Assembly (NCBI GenBank): GCA_965203295.1
Contig: CBDBCZ010000019.1
Coordinates: 2,240,001 to 2,304,000 of the forward strand
Length of the DNA: 64,000 nt
Direction: 5' to 3'
Source: Nitrospirales bacterium
Lineage (GTDB): Bacteria; Nitrospirota; Nitrospiria; Nitrospirales; UBA8639
The notes below the pieces were generated by a model, which was given only the letters and a program-made list of their open reading frames with translations, did not search any database and had not been told where the DNA came from. Positions 51,808-62,412 of the stretch are shown here, piece by piece (the stretch's first letter is position 1; every line of letters begins with the position of its first letter). A program made the translations under genes and the position numbers.

Positions 51808-52245
51808 GAGTGAACCTATAAGCCGGATTCTGTCCCATAAGAGTTTCCTCTAACGGGGGTAGTCATATCTCTGGAACTCGAGTTACCTCGAGTTTCTAGC
51901 AACCTACCCGAGAACATCAGCCGGGCCAGCTTCTCTCAATCTCACGTCTTGCCCACACCAACAGGAAAACCATTGGGGTAGGCAGGAGATTGGGGCGTCC
52001 TCCTATTTGGTCTTGCTCCAGGTGATGCTTGCCTTGCCATTTATGTCACCATAAATGCAGTGAGCTCTTACCCCACCTTTTCACCCTTACCACGCCAGGC
52101 CTTAGGAAGACCATGACTTTTGGCGGTATATTTTCTGTGGCGCTGATGTCGGATCACTCCGCCTGGGCGTTACCCAGCACCTTGCCCTTTGGAGTCCGGA
52201 CTTTCCTCCCATTCCCGAAGGAATGAGCGACCACCCGGTCCACTC
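51808..52245 (-). ncRNA. rnpB: RNase P RNA (type A)
   Basis: GAGGAAAGTCCGGACTCC, GCCACAGAAA, GAGCAAGACCAAATAGG and ACAGAATCCGGCTTAT; complementary ends. Confidence 0.96.
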
Positions 52246-52345
52246 CTCACCTATAAAAATCATAATGCCTTATTGAGCGTGTTGCAACAAGACCCGCTCG
52301 CTCTGGAAGGTTTTCCTGTGGTTGGATCGCATGAACGAAGCCGTT

Positions 52346-53125
52346 CTATGGATTTCCAGAAGGGACGGGGCCACTCGTACACGTTTCATCGGAGGGGAGT
52401 AAATCTTTCGAATCCTCTGAAGATTGTTCCCAATAGAGAATGCGATGGCAATAGTCACACGTCAGCATTTTATCGCCACGCTTAACCTCCGTAAACAATT
52501 GAGGCGGCAGTTGGAGCTGACATCCGAGGCAAGTCCCATCGCGGACAGGGACAACGACCAGTGCGTTTAACTTTGATTTCAGAGATGAATACCGATTCCA
52601 CAAAGATTTTTCCAATTGAGGGACCAGATCTTTTTGTTGTTGTTCTAATTGAGCCAACTCTGCATTCAATGTGTGCATTAAAGACTCAAGCTCGGCTTTT
52701 TCCTGTTCATAGGCCTTTTCAGCATCGGCTTTACGATCCTCAAGCTCCTTCAGTTCTTTTTGCTTTTCCTCTCCTTTTTCCAACACCAACAAGACCTTCT
52801 CCTCCAGAGAATCCTTTTTCTTGTTCGCGAGTTCAATTTCAAACAAATGGGCCTGATACTCTTTGTTCGTTTTCAAATCCGTCAACCGACTCCTGAGCTT
52901 TTGAATATGGCTTTCATGAACACTGAGGTCTTGTTCACTGCTCCGACGTTCTGATCCAATCAGATTTAAGGCTTCCGTGACCTCCTCAAGTTTTTGTTTA
53001 AAGTCCAATAAAGGAGCATGAGCTGTCTTTATGCGCCGAGGAATGTTCTGCTGCTGATCTCGAATATCATGAATTTTTAAATCAAGCTTTTGAAGCTCAA
53101 TCAACAAAGAAATTTTCGAATCCAA
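52346..53125 (-). CDS. Coiled-coil C4 zinc-ribbon protein (DUF164-like)
   Basis: LQKLD, long coiled coil and CLGC...CDYCHRILY. Confidence 0.9.
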   Translation of the reverse strand: MDSKISLLIELQKLDLKIHDIRDQQQNIPRRIKTAHAPLLDFKQKLEEVTEALNLIGSERRSSEQDLSVHESHIQKLRSRLTDLKTNKEYQAHLFEIELANKKKDSLEEKVLLVLEKGEEKQKELKELEDRKADAEKAYEQEKAELESLMHTLNAELAQLEQQQKDLVPQLEKSLWNRYSSLKSKLNALVVVPVRDGTCLGCQLQLPPQLFTEVKRGDKMLTCDYCHRILYWEQSSEDSKDLLPSDETCTSGPVPSGNP

Positions 53126-53194
53126 AGCAACACCCTCTTTCCTTTAATCGTTAGGTGAACAACTCGCCATTCTAGTCTTGCCCATTCATATTTG

Positions 53195-53268
53195 TGGGCC
53201 CACCAGGACTTGAACCTGGGACCAGCTGATTATGAGTCAGCCGCTCTAACCAACTGAGCTATGGGCCC
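53195..53268 (-). tRNA. tRNA with CAT anticodon (Ile2 likely, Met possible)
   Basis: GGGCCCATAGCTCAGTTGGTTAGAGCGGCTGACTCATAATCAGCTGGTCCCAGGTTCAAGTCCTGGTGGGCCCA, followed by CAA rather than CCA. Confidence 0.93.
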
Positions 53269-53324
53269 GATATCAATCTACCACTATCCGGTTGAAATGA
53301 ACCATCAAGGACAGGGCTCTCATT

Positions 53325-53453
53325 TACAAAAACTTGCATTTCAATTGACGGGGCACTGCCTGATGAAGTTGGGAATTCCTGTTTAGTTGAGTCGTCATAT
53401 CTGCAGTCATCGGTGGACATCCATGACGATAAATAAAGATGGATTTCCGCTTA
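53325..53453 (-). repeat. Repeat family 1, copy C (diverged)
   Basis: Reverse complement: agcggaaatccatcttt...tggatgtccaccgatgactgcagatatgac...caggaattcccaacttcatc...ccgtcaattgaaatgcaagttttt. Confidence 0.8.
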
Positions 53454-53481
53454 AGGGTTAAAATAAATCAGTTTCTTTTTT

Positions 53482-53674
53482 GTTCCGCTTTGCGCGTGGC
53501 TGAGTCCACACGCCGAATTCGACAATTTGGCGAGGACTGTCTGAGCGGAGCGAGTTCCGCAGCCATGTGATTCGGCGCTGGGACGAAGGAGACCCGCAGG
53601 GCCATGCGCGAGCGGGAATGGTTTGGGGTCCTTTTGCCGAAACAAAAGGACCTCGACTGCCGGGGCGACACCCG
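53482..53674 (-). repeat. Repeat family 2, copy 2
   Basis: Inverted copy of 44388-44580. Confidence 0.9.
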
Positions 53675-53713
53675 GCGGAGCGGATCTTTAAACTCGAAAC
53701 TCCCTTTTCAGAC

Positions 53714-54230
53714 TTACACCGTTTCTGCAAAACTATCATTTTTTTACTTCGGATGGGGTGGCGTAATTTTCTCAACGCCTTAGCTTCAATCTGCCGCATC
53801 CGCTCCCGCGTCACCCGAAAATCTTGCCCCACTTCCTCCAACGTGTGGTCCGTGCTCTCTCCGATCCCAAACCGCTTCCGGATAATCTTCTTCTCCCGCG
53901 CCGTCAACGACCCCAACGAATCTGCAATCTGTCGCTGCAAATCATACCGCACCGCCGCCTCCAACGGCGACACCGCTCATCTCTTTCAAATAGCGCCGGA
54001 CGGGGTCATCAGTCCGACTCAAGTCGTCAAGGCTAAAATCAATGCCTTTCTCTCCATATTCTTGTAAATCCTTGTTTTCGTGGGAGATCTCATTATCCTC
54101 AACAAAGTGCTTCTGACGATGAGGCATCCTGCGATGCTAGACTCTGGAACTCTTCAAAAGCGACTATCCCCTTCTTCACGGAAATATCGCTCTCGAAGGC
54201 ACGAACATTTGCATGTCTCCGTATAGCCAT
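53714..54230 (-). pseudogene. rpoD: RNA polymerase sigma factor RpoD remnant
   Basis: Region 1.2 start RTDDPVRRYLKEM joined out of frame to VSPLEAA...RFGIG...HTLEEVG..F.VTRER.RQIEAKALRKLRHP (region 4); directly after dnaG. Confidence 0.92.
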
Positions 54231-54234
54231 CTCT

Positions 54235-56082
54235 TTAACGTTGGGTTAGGAGGGAAGCAGCGAACACAGCTTTTTTTTCTCGGAGACTATCAATTTTGGC
54301 ATTCAGATAACGGATGTCTTCTGTTCGATTATCTCGTTCAGCCGCACGCAACTTGATGATTAATCCTTCTAACGTCGCCTGAAGCCATTTACGCTCCAAC
54401 ATTTCCAGACAACCCTGGATATAGGCTTGTTGATCATCGAAATGATGGGACGTTAGTGAAAGTTCAGCCGTCACGGCTTCTAATTCTGAGGACGTCGCGA
54501 TTTCTGCGTGAAATTCATCGAGCGAGAGCTGCCCCTCTGCACTCGTATGGCGTAATCCCATTTCCATGATTTGTCGGTACGTCGGGGTCGTAAATTGTTC
54601 AACATGTAAGGCCTGGATTTGTTCGGGACTGAGAAGTCCTTGGATAAGAAGGCTGATTAAAACCTTTTCTTCTCGTTTGTCTGCCGAGTCCAATTTTCTA
54701 GGAGTCGGAGAGCTGCTTTTGGCTAGGCTCCCCTCTTGTCTAGGCAAAGGGCCTGTTAACGTTTGGTACCGTTCAACAAGAAGTTGTTGGCGAATGCCTA
54801 GGCGTTCGGACACCTGCCTGGTGTATTCTTCTTTTTCTATAGGATTCCTCACGTTTTGAATGACACGAAGAACCTCGTCGACACATCGTACACGATCATT
54901 CATGTTTTCGACCTTGGTTCGCTTAACGTATTGATCCACAACAAAATCCAAAAGGGAGACGGCCTGATCTTGGAGAAGAGCAAAAGCCTCTGCACCTTTC
55001 GTGCGAACAAACGAATCAGGATCGTCACCAGTGGGCAAAACGGCAACTTTCACCGTGATGCCGCTATCCTTCAACACATCTAACGTGCGTAGCGTAGCCT
55101 CGACTCCGGCTGAGTCCCCATCAAACACTAACACCACGGTCTGCACGAACCGCCGTATCATGTCGACATGGTCTTTCGTTAAAGCCGTTCCGAGTGGAGC
55201 CACCGAATGAGTAAACCCATATTGGTGCAAGACGATGACATCAAAGTACCCTTCAACTAAGAGAATGGTCTTTAGCCGACTGACCGCCTCGCGTGCGTGG
55301 TCGAACCCGAATAAACAACGGCTTTTTCGAAACAGAAGAGTCTCTGGAGAATTCAGATATTTGGGCTCGCCTTCACCAAAAATTCGTCCACCAAACGCAA
55401 CAACCTGATCCCTGAGATTCACGATCGGAAACATCACCCGACTCCGAAATCGATCGTAATACCCATGACCTCCTATAGCACCTCTGGATCCTGAATTCTT
55501 GGCTACCGCTAAGCCAGATTGGACTATGTCATCGGGGGAAACACCAATTTTTTTGAGATGCCGAGTCAGTCCATCCCAGCCAGGAGGAGCATAACCCAAC
55601 CTAAATTTTTCAATCGCGTCAGGATGAATCTGTCGACCATCCAAATAATTTCGCGCTGGCTGACCCAAAGCCGAACCAAGCAAATTCTTCCGAAACCAAT
55701 CCTTCGCAGCATTATGGAGATTATCCAACTTTTTTCTATTTTCAGATTCTCCATACTGATGGTTCTTTCCAGGTATCACGGGAATCGTAATACCCGTCTG
55801 TTTCGCAAGCTCATGAACCGCCTCAGGAAACTCCATTCCTTCTTTTTTCATGAGAAAGGTGATCACATCTCCCCCTGCCCCACATCCAAAACAATAAAAC
55901 ATTTGTTTAGAAGAACTGGCCGTAAAGGAAGGAGTTTTTTCAGAATGGAACGGGCATAATCCTTTGTGATTTTGCCCAGTTTTGGTCAACGTGACATACC
56001 GAGCCACTACCTCGGTAATGTCCGCCCCATGACGAATTTGTTGAAGAATCTCAGGAGGGATACCGCCTCGTCCGACCGCCAA
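54235..56082 (-). CDS. dnaG: DNA primase
   Basis: CPFHSEKTPSF, YCFGC, KYLNSPET, EGYFDV, FDGD.AG and DPD motifs. Confidence 0.97.
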   Translation of the reverse strand: MAVGRGGIPPEILQQIRHGADITEVVARYVTLTKTGQNHKGLCPFHSEKTPSFTASSSKQMFYCFGCGAGGDVITFLMKKEGMEFPEAVHELAKQTGITIPVIPGKNHQYGESENRKKLDNLHNAAKDWFRKNLLGSALGQPARNYLDGRQIHPDAIEKFRLGYAPPGWDGLTRHLKKIGVSPDDIVQSGLAVAKNSGSRGAIGGHGYYDRFRSRVMFPIVNLRDQVVAFGGRIFGEGEPKYLNSPETLLFRKSRCLFGFDHAREAVSRLKTILLVEGYFDVIVLHQYGFTHSVAPLGTALTKDHVDMIRRFVQTVVLVFDGDSAGVEATLRTLDVLKDSGITVKVAVLPTGDDPDSFVRTKGAEAFALLQDQAVSLLDFVVDQYVKRTKVENMNDRVRCVDEVLRVIQNVRNPIEKEEYTRQVSERLGIRQQLLVERYQTLTGPLPRQEGSLAKSSSPTPRKLDSADKREEKVLISLLIQGLLSPEQIQALHVEQFTTPTYRQIMEMGLRHTSAEGQLSLDEFHAEIATSSELEAVTAELSLTSHHFDDQQAYIQGCLEMLERKWLQATLEGLIIKLRAAERDNRTEDIRYLNAKIDSLREKKAVFAASLLTQR

Positions 56083-56210
56083 TCCCGTTCTCCATTCCTT
56101 GCTTTGTCGACCGCTCGGCGATAAAAACTTCTAACTTATTGTAAAATGAGATATTTTTTAAAAAAAGCAATCAGCTAGAGTAAAGTCAACCTGCGCATTC
56201 GGCTGTAGCT

Positions 56211-56555
56211 TCATCCAGGGGGCCAATGGAATTGACGCCCACCCAGGACATGGATATGGGCATGAAACACGGATTGCCCGGCTTTGGAGCCTGTGTTCAT
56301 GACCACACGATACCCAGAATCCGCAACCCCTTTTTGTTTGGCCACAATCCGGCATGTATCAAGAAGATGTCCAAGAAGCTGAACGTCTTCATCCTGAAAT
56401 TCCTGAAGAGACGAGACATGTCGTTTCGGGATGACAAGAGTATGAATCGGGGCTTGCGGATTCATATCGTCAAAGGCCAAACACAGATTGTCTTTATACA
56501 CGATTTGAGAGGCGAGTTGCCCCCCCGCGATCTGACAAAAAATGCAGGTATTCAT
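56211..56555 (-). CDS. HIT-family nucleotide-binding protein
   Basis: CIFC and HAHIHVLGG motifs. Confidence 0.95.
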   Translation of the reverse strand: MNTCIFCQIAGGQLASQIVYKDNLCLAFDDMNPQAPIHTLVIPKRHVSSLQEFQDEDVQLLGHLLDTCRIVAKQKGVADSGYRVVMNTGSKAGQSVFHAHIHVLGGRQFHWPPG

Positions 56556-57244
56556 CTTATGCCCTCTTTTGTTTTCTTTTTGAGACCTGACTGACCGAAT
56601 CGCCGACCTAGCTCCCGATACACCTCTTCTGGCGGAATGTCATATTTGCCGAGCATCACAACCGTATGAAACAGTAGATCAGCAACTTCATACACAATCT
56701 CTTCCCGATTGGCATTTTTGGCAGCGAGTAAGACTTCTCCAGATTCCTCTGCAATTTTTTTCAAGATGCGATCAGTTTGCCCCTCCAAGAGAGATGCCAC
56801 ATAGGAGTTGGGTGATGGCTGAGCCTTTCTTTCTTGGACCAAGTCATACAGACGATCCAAGATTCCCCCATGCGCCTTTTTGAGAGGGGAAGGAATAATC
56901 ATGTGAGACTCAAGGAGTTCATGGAAAAAACAGGACGGATTTCCCGTGTGGCAGGTTGGGTCAATCGGTTCAGCTTTGATCAGCACGGTATCCGAATCAC
57001 AATCCACAAACATCTGTTTGAGTAAAAGGGAGTTTCCTGAGGTTTCGCCTTTTCGCCACAATGTGTCGCGTGAGCGACTCCAAAAATGAACGTGCCTGGT
57101 ACGCAAGGTTTCTTCTATGGCTTCACGATTCATGAAGCCCAGCATGAGAACCGTCCCATCTCGCCAATCTTGGACAATCGAAGGGATCAAGCCTCGTTCA
57201 TCAAATTGGATTGATTGGCTGAAGTTGGCCTGCGTTAATTCCAT
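56552..57244 (-). CDS. hisIE: Bifunctional PR-AMP cyclohydrolase/PR-ATP pyrophosphatase
   Basis: WSRSR..LW.KGETSG, DCD.D, CHTG and KIAEE motifs. Confidence 0.96.
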   Translation of the reverse strand: MELTQANFSQSIQFDERGLIPSIVQDWRDGTVLMLGFMNREAIEETLRTRHVHFWSRSRDTLWRKGETSGNSLLLKQMFVDCDSDTVLIKAEPIDPTCHTGNPSCFFHELLESHMIIPSPLKKAHGGILDRLYDLVQERKAQPSPNSYVASLLEGQTDRILKKIAEESGEVLLAAKNANREEIVYEVADLLFHTVVMLGKYDIPPEEVYRELGRRFGQSGLKKKTKEGIR

Positions 57245-58047
57245 GACGACACTGACGTTGGTATTCCATTCAACACTCGAATCGGAAGTCCTTTTTGGCT
57301 GAGGTACGTTTTCGCCTCAGCTACCGAATAGGTCCGAAAATGAAAAATAGATGCCGCTAAGACCGCATCGGCATTCCCAATGGCGAGAGCCTCATACAAA
57401 TGTTCCAATGTGCCTGCCCCGCCAGAAGCAATCACCGGAACTGACACAGCTCGAGATACGGCTGCCGTCAGATCTAAATCATATCCATCATGGGTCCCAT
57501 CCCGGTCCATACTGGTCAACAAAATTTCCCCTGCCCCATTGTCTTCCATTTTCTTCGCCCACTCAATGGCATTCACACCAGTCGGCTTTCGACCTCCATG
57601 GGTAAAAATTTCCCATGTGGACTCCTCCAAGGAAGCAGCACCAGGCACTCGTTTGGCATCAATAGCCACAACGATACATTGCGTGCCAAACCGGTTGGCA
57701 GCTGTCGCCACAAAATTGGGATCGTTCACCGCAGCAGTATTGATACTGACTTTATCAGCCCCTGCGACTAAGAGTTGCCTGATTTCCTCCGCTGTTCTCA
57801 CCCCACCACCAACAGTCAAGGGCATGAAGACTTGATCAGCTGTCCGAGACACGACCTCAAGCAAGGTTTCGCGATTTTCGTGCGATGCGGTAATATCCAA
57901 AAAACACAGTTCATCAGCTCCGTCCTGATCATAGACTTTCGCAATTTCCACAGGGTCCCCTGCATCTCGAAGATTCACAAAAGACACACCCTTGACCACC
58001 CGTCCATCTTTCACGTCAAGGCAGGGGATAATGCGCTTTGTTAGCAT
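57235..58047 (-). CDS. hisF: IGP synthase cyclase subunit
   Basis: [15 protein letters not shown] and SMDRDGT motifs. Confidence 0.97.
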   Translation of the reverse strand: MLTKRIIPCLDVKDGRVVKGVSFVNLRDAGDPVEIAKVYDQDGADELCFLDITASHENRETLLEVVSRTADQVFMPLTVGGGVRTAEEIRQLLVAGADKVSINTAAVNDPNFVATAANRFGTQCIVVAIDAKRVPGAASLEESTWEIFTHGGRKPTGVNAIEWAKKMEDNGAGEILLTSMDRDGTHDGYDLDLTAAVSRAVSVPVIASGGAGTLEHLYEALAIGNADAVLAASIFHFRTYSVAEAKTYLSQKGLPIRVLNGIPTSVSSWN

Positions 58048-58787
58048 GCCTCTTTCCCTGCAGCAGAACTCATCGCAGCCCGAATTGCCTGAGGGAGGTC
58101 CAATGTCCCTTCGTATAAGGCTTTCCCAACAATCGCCCCAGTTATTTTCGTTCCAAGTTTTTTAATGGCATCGATATCTTCAATCCGTGAAATTCCCCCA
58201 GACGCAATGACAGGAAACGGCGAGACATCAACGACCCCTTTCAAAGCAGTCAGGTTCGGACCACTCAGCATACCGTCCCGACTAATCTCGGTAAAAATGA
58301 CTCCGGCAAGTGAATATGGGGAGAGAGCGGAAACAACAGATTCAGGTGACGTCTCAGAAAGATTCGTCCATCCCCTCACAGCCACCTTCCCATTTTTTGC
58401 GTCAACTCCCACGAGGACTTGGCTAGGAAATTCCTCGGACGCTTGGGCCAATAGTTGAGTATTCTCTAACACAGCCGTCCCTAAAACGACCCGTTGAACG
58501 CCGTGAGAGAAATAGGTTCGAATCAAGTCCAGTGACCGAATCCCTCCTCCGACCTGGATGGGAATGGAGACGGCTTTGACTATGGCTGTAATTCGATCAA
58601 AATTTTTTGGTGCGCCTTCAACCGCTCCATCGAGGTCCACAATGTGTAAGCATTGGGCTCCCAAGCGTTCCCAATGGGAAGCCATGGCAGGGGGGTCATC
58701 GGAATACCAGGTTTCTTGTTTCAAATCGCCCTGGCGCAGACGAACACATCGGCCTTCTTTCAGATCAATGGCAGGGATGATGATCAT
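58041..58787 (-). CDS. hisA: ProFAR isomerase
   Basis: PAIDL..G.CVRL.QG and HIVDLDGA motifs. Confidence 0.97.
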   Translation of the reverse strand: MIIIPAIDLKEGRCVRLRQGDLKQETWYSDDPPAMASHWERLGAQCLHIVDLDGAVEGAPKNFDRITAIVKAVSIPIQVGGGIRSLDLIRTYFSHGVQRVVLGTAVLENTQLLAQASEEFPSQVLVGVDAKNGKVAVRGWTNLSETSPESVVSALSPYSLAGVIFTEISRDGMLSGPNLTALKGVVDVSPFPVIASGGISRIEDIDAIKKLGTKITGAIVGKALYEGTLDLPQAIRAAMSSAAGKEAC

Positions 58788-58888
58788 GTTTCTATCAGAA
58801 CATCCCTTCCTCTCCCTTCTGCAATGATGCTGGAAGATAGGACATTCGTTGATGACATGAGAAGGAATGTCGCTTCAGGTCTAGCTTG

Positions 58889-59863
58889 CTATTGACTCGA
58901 TGCCAACCCCACTGGAAAGTCGTTCATGACTCGGCTCACCCCCGACCTTGCTAATTCCTGAGCAGAAACAAACGTCCCGCGCCTTTCCCAGAAACCTGAA
59001 AAGTCTTCGATCATAGGTTTTTGTTCCTCATAGTAGTCCCCCTTCCACAATACAGAACCTTCCTCAACTTCGATTAGCCATATCTCAAACCCAACCGCAG
59101 CCGGAATCGCTCCCATTTTGCCGCCATCTCGTTCCCGATACACTCTCACTAAACCGAGAAGGACCGCATCAACACCATCGAGGTTTTTGCCCAGGTGCTT
59201 CGCGATGATTTGAGATTTCGTTTTGAAGTGAGAGGAATCCACTGCTGGTAACACCTTCGCAACTTGGTCGGGAGGAAGGACTCGCAACCCAGGACGGAGT
59301 GTGAGTCTGGCAAAGACCATTTCTGTGATTTTGTTCGGAGCCTCTAGTGGAATTGCGACGGTTTTGTAAGAAAATCTTGAAGCGTCTAAAGAAGGGGTTT
59401 CTCCGAATGATCGGCTATTGCTGGATGCCCCGACATTGGGATAGTCAACGACTTGTTCTGTTCTATAGGATCTTTGTGGGGATAAAATAACATCAAACGG
59501 CGCAACAGCAATCGTTTTGATCGTCGATGGATTAAACAACGGTGCAGACTTGACAGCAACGGTACTGGGAGCACACCCCAGCACGCCTTCCCAAAAGAGC
59601 ACACAGAGGAAAAGACAGAGAAGGGCTTTGCTCCTCGACCACAAAATCCTGGCCTTCCCCCATTGCCAAGCAGGTTGTTGAAAAATTCCGACAGGACCGC
59701 TTTTCTTGCTTGAAGGCCTCAGCTTCCCTCCTTTTACACCTCGGACGGCGACGATGGGCGGACGACTATTTACACAACCAGCATTTGTTTCGCTAGACAT
59801 TGACACTTCCAAGGAAAGGCCTGAAATCCTGAATGTTGAGATCTTCAACAACTGGTTCATCAT
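58889..59863 (-). CDS. Putative lipoprotein within the his operon (start uncertain)
   Basis: Lipobox-like VLGC, IAVAPF, DAVL.G and G.VLW. ATG 59863 overlaps the hisH stop. Confidence 0.7.
   Translation of the reverse strand: MMNQLLKISTFRISGLSLEVSMSSETNAGCVNSRPPIVAVRGVKGGKLRPSSKKSGPVGIFQQPAWQWGKARILWSRSKALLCLFLCVLFWEGVLGCAPSTVAVKSAPLFNPSTIKTIAVAPFDVILSPQRSYRTEQVVDYPNVGASSNSRSFGETPSLDASRFSYKTVAIPLEAPNKITEMVFARLTLRPGLRVLPPDQVAKVLPAVDSSHFKTKSQIIAKHLGKNLDGVDAVLLGLVRVYRERDGGKMGAIPAAVGFEIWLIEVEEGSVLWKGDYYEEQKPMIEDFSGFWERRGTFVSAQELARSGVSRVMNDFPVGLASSQ
59671..59854. mobile_element. MITE-like element (repeat family 3)
   Basis: Imperfect terminal IRs caggttgttgaaaaa ... atcttcaacaactg around 184 bp with no transposase. 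Confidence 0.55.
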
Positions 59864-60480
59864 TGCCACGTTCCAAAATTCCGGAGAAGTTGGAGGCCCA
59901 CCTGTTGACTTTTTTCTGGATGAAACTGAGAACCAAAGATGTTGTCGCGCCACACACTAGACACAAACGAAATCCCATAGTCTGTTGTGGTACAGGTGAG
60001 GCTCGGATCTGAAGGTTCCACATAGAAGGAATGAACAAAGTACACGTGTGCATCCTCGGGGAACCCTCGGAGAAGAGGAGAAGGGGTATTGACACTGATC
60101 CTATTCCATCCCATATGAGGAATTTTTCGTAAATGTGAGGGATCAGAATCAAAACGAAAGCGTTTGACTTTTCCGTGAAAAATGTTCAAGCCTGGATAAC
60201 TCCCAAACTCTTCACTTTCCGTGAATAATACTTGGAGACCTAAGCATATACCGAGAAAAGGTTTCCCCTTGGCAATCGCCTGACGAATGGGGTTAATTAA
60301 ACGAAATCGTTCAAGGTTCACCATACAATCCCTAAAAGCTCCAACGCCAGGCAAGACCACATGGCTCGCACGTTCAATTTCTTTTGGATCTCGGGTGATG
60401 ATCGCTGAGTGCCCTACAACCTCAAAAGCCTTCTGAACGCTACGAAGGTTTCCCATTTCATAATCCACGACAGCAATCAT
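59860..60480 (-). CDS. hisH: IGP synthase glutaminase subunit
   Basis: PGVGAF, GICLG and QFHPEKS motifs. Confidence 0.97.
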   Translation of the reverse strand: MIAVVDYEMGNLRSVQKAFEVVGHSAIITRDPKEIERASHVVLPGVGAFRDCMVNLERFRLINPIRQAIAKGKPFLGICLGLQVLFTESEEFGSYPGLNIFHGKVKRFRFDSDPSHLRKIPHMGWNRISVNTPSPLLRGFPEDAHVYFVHSFYVEPSDPSLTCTTTDYGISFVSSVWRDNIFGSQFHPEKSQQVGLQLLRNFGTWQ

Positions 60481-60529
60481 GACTTCATCTCATCTGCATT
60501 CAGAAGCACAAGGGGATCGCCTCTTCTCT

Positions 60530-61132
60530 TTACAGCGACCCTTTAGTCGATGGAATACCTTCTAATCGAACATCCTTAGCCGTGGCCTGGTCTAAGGCTT
60601 TTGCCAGTGCCTTGAAAATCGCTTCCATAATGTGGTGAGGGTTTCGCCCATAATGCACATTCAGATGGAGATTGAACGCCCCATGATTGACGAAGGCTTG
60701 GAAAAAATCCTCAAATAATCCCAAATCCAGTGTCTTGATCATTCGATGGGGAAGGGACACATTGTAGGCCAAATACGGCCGCCCACTGAGGTCAATCACG
60801 GCTTGCGCCAAGGTCTCATCAAGAGGGACGGTAGCCCATCCAAATCGACGAATCCCGGTTTTATCTCCTAAGGATTCCCGCAACGCGGTTCCCATCACAA
60901 TTCCGACATCTTCCACCGTATGATGATCATCAATTTCGGTATCTCCTTTGGCCTGCACGGTAAGATCAAAAAATCCATGCTTCGCGAGGAGAACCAACAT
61001 ATGATCAAGAAACGGAATTGTGGTTTGGATTTGACTCTGGCCACTGCCATCCAATCGCCATTCCACCAAGACCGATGACTCACTGGTGGCTCGATCGACC
61101 ACTGCAACACGATGATCTTTCTTGACTTTCAT
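60530..61132 (-). CDS. hisB: Imidazoleglycerol-phosphate dehydratase
   Basis: DDHHTVED and N.HHI.EA.FKA motifs. Confidence 0.97.
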   Translation of the reverse strand: MKVKKDHRVAVVDRATSESSVLVEWRLDGSGQSQIQTTIPFLDHMLVLLAKHGFFDLTVQAKGDTEIDDHHTVEDVGIVMGTALRESLGDKTGIRRFGWATVPLDETLAQAVIDLSGRPYLAYNVSLPHRMIKTLDLGLFEDFFQAFVNHGAFNLHLNVHYGRNPHHIMEAIFKALAKALDQATAKDVRLEGIPSTKGSL

Positions 61133-62412
61133 AGGGATCGACTCTCTATTGAATGGGCATGGCTGTGAAGGCCCTCCATTTGGGCCAGTTGGATCACATA
61201 CGGCTTTGCCGCACGAAGCTCTTTTTCTGTATAGGAAATGATGTTTGTGCGTTTGACAAAGTCATTCAAGGAAAGCGCTGAAAAGAACCGTGCTGAACCT
61301 CCAGTCGGTAAGACATGATTAGGGCCTGCCACATAATCAGCCACTGCCGGCGGTGTGTAACGACCCAAGAAGATTGCCCCAGCATGACGGATCTCACTCA
61401 AGAGATCAAAGGGACGATCAACCATGATCTCTAGATGCTCAGCTGCGATCGTATTGGCCAATCCACATGCCGTTTTCATATCCTGTACGACAAAGGCTAT
61501 AGCATAGCGGTTTATGGATTTCGCTGCAATTCGTTTCCGACTAATGACTTGAAGTCGACGCGTGATTTCTTCAACAACGGAATTGGCAAGACGGCCTGAT
61601 GGTGTCACCAAATACACCCTGGCTTCTTCGTCATGTTCGGCTTCACATAGCAAATCGGCTGCCACATGGGCAGGGTCAGCCGTATCATCAGCTATAATGA
61701 GCAATTCGCTCGGCCCTGCGATCATATCAATATCGACCGTACCATACACCTGTCGTTTGGCTGTCGCCACATAAAGGTTCCCAGGCCCCACAATTTTATC
61801 GGCTCGAGGGATCGTTTTCGTACCATAGGCCAAGGCCCCAATGGCATGAACACCCCCAATACGATAGACCTCATCCACTCCGGCAATTTCGGCAGCGACT
61901 AAGAGAAAAGGGTTCATCCTACCCGTCGAAGTCGGCGTACACATCACAACACGTTTAACGCCAGCCACCTTGGCCGGAATGGCGTTCATGAGCACGGTGG
62001 AAGGATACAGGGCCTTTCCACCAGGGACATACATTCCCACGACATCGAGTGGAGTAATGAGTTGCCCTAACTGCACCCCATTGACTTCATCGATCCAGGT
62101 CTCTTCCCGTTGACGCTCATGAAACTTCCGAATGCGCTCCGCCGCATATCGAATGGCATTGACATCTTCCTTACGAATCTGGGCATGCGCCTGCTTCACT
62201 TCTTCAGGGGAGATAAGAAATTCCTTTGCCTTCAAGTCTAGTCCATCGAACTTTTTGACATACCGTTGAACCGCCTTATCTCCTTCACGTGCCACACCTT
62301 GCAGTATGGTCTTCACGTTTTTTTCGGCCTGCTGATTTTGCTGGATCCCACGTTGACAGACCCATTCCACAACAGCCTTGAAATTGCGGTCTAATGCGGA
62401 AACGATTTTCAT
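61129..62412 (-). CDS. hisD: Histidinol dehydrogenase
   Basis: YVPGG, GPGN, AGPSE, AEH and GPNHVLPT motifs. Confidence 0.97.
   Translation of the reverse strand: MKIVSALDRNFKAVVEWVCQRGIQQNQQAEKNVKTILQGVAREGDKAVQRYVKKFDGLDLKAKEFLISPEEVKQAHAQIRKEDVNAIRYAAERIRKFHERQREETWIDEVNGVQLGQLITPLDVVGMYVPGGKALYPSTVLMNAIPAKVAGVKRVVMCTPTSTGRMNPFLLVAAEIAGVDEVYRIGGVHAIGALAYGTKTIPRADKIVGPGNLYVATAKRQVYGTVDIDMIAGPSELLIIADDTADPAHVAADLLCEAEHDEEARVYLVTPSGRLANSVVEEITRRLQVISRKRIAAKSINRYAIAFVVQDMKTACGLANTIAAEHLEIMVDRPFDLLSEIRHAGAIFLGRYTPPAVADYVAGPNHVLPTGGSARFFSALSLNDFVKRTNIISYTEKELRAAKPYVIQLAQMEGLHSHAHSIESRSL

Noticed and set aside
53458..53973. 171 aa stand-alone sigma region 4 protein
   Set aside because: It is the rpoD remnant reading through a frameshift into the repeat; no clear RBS.
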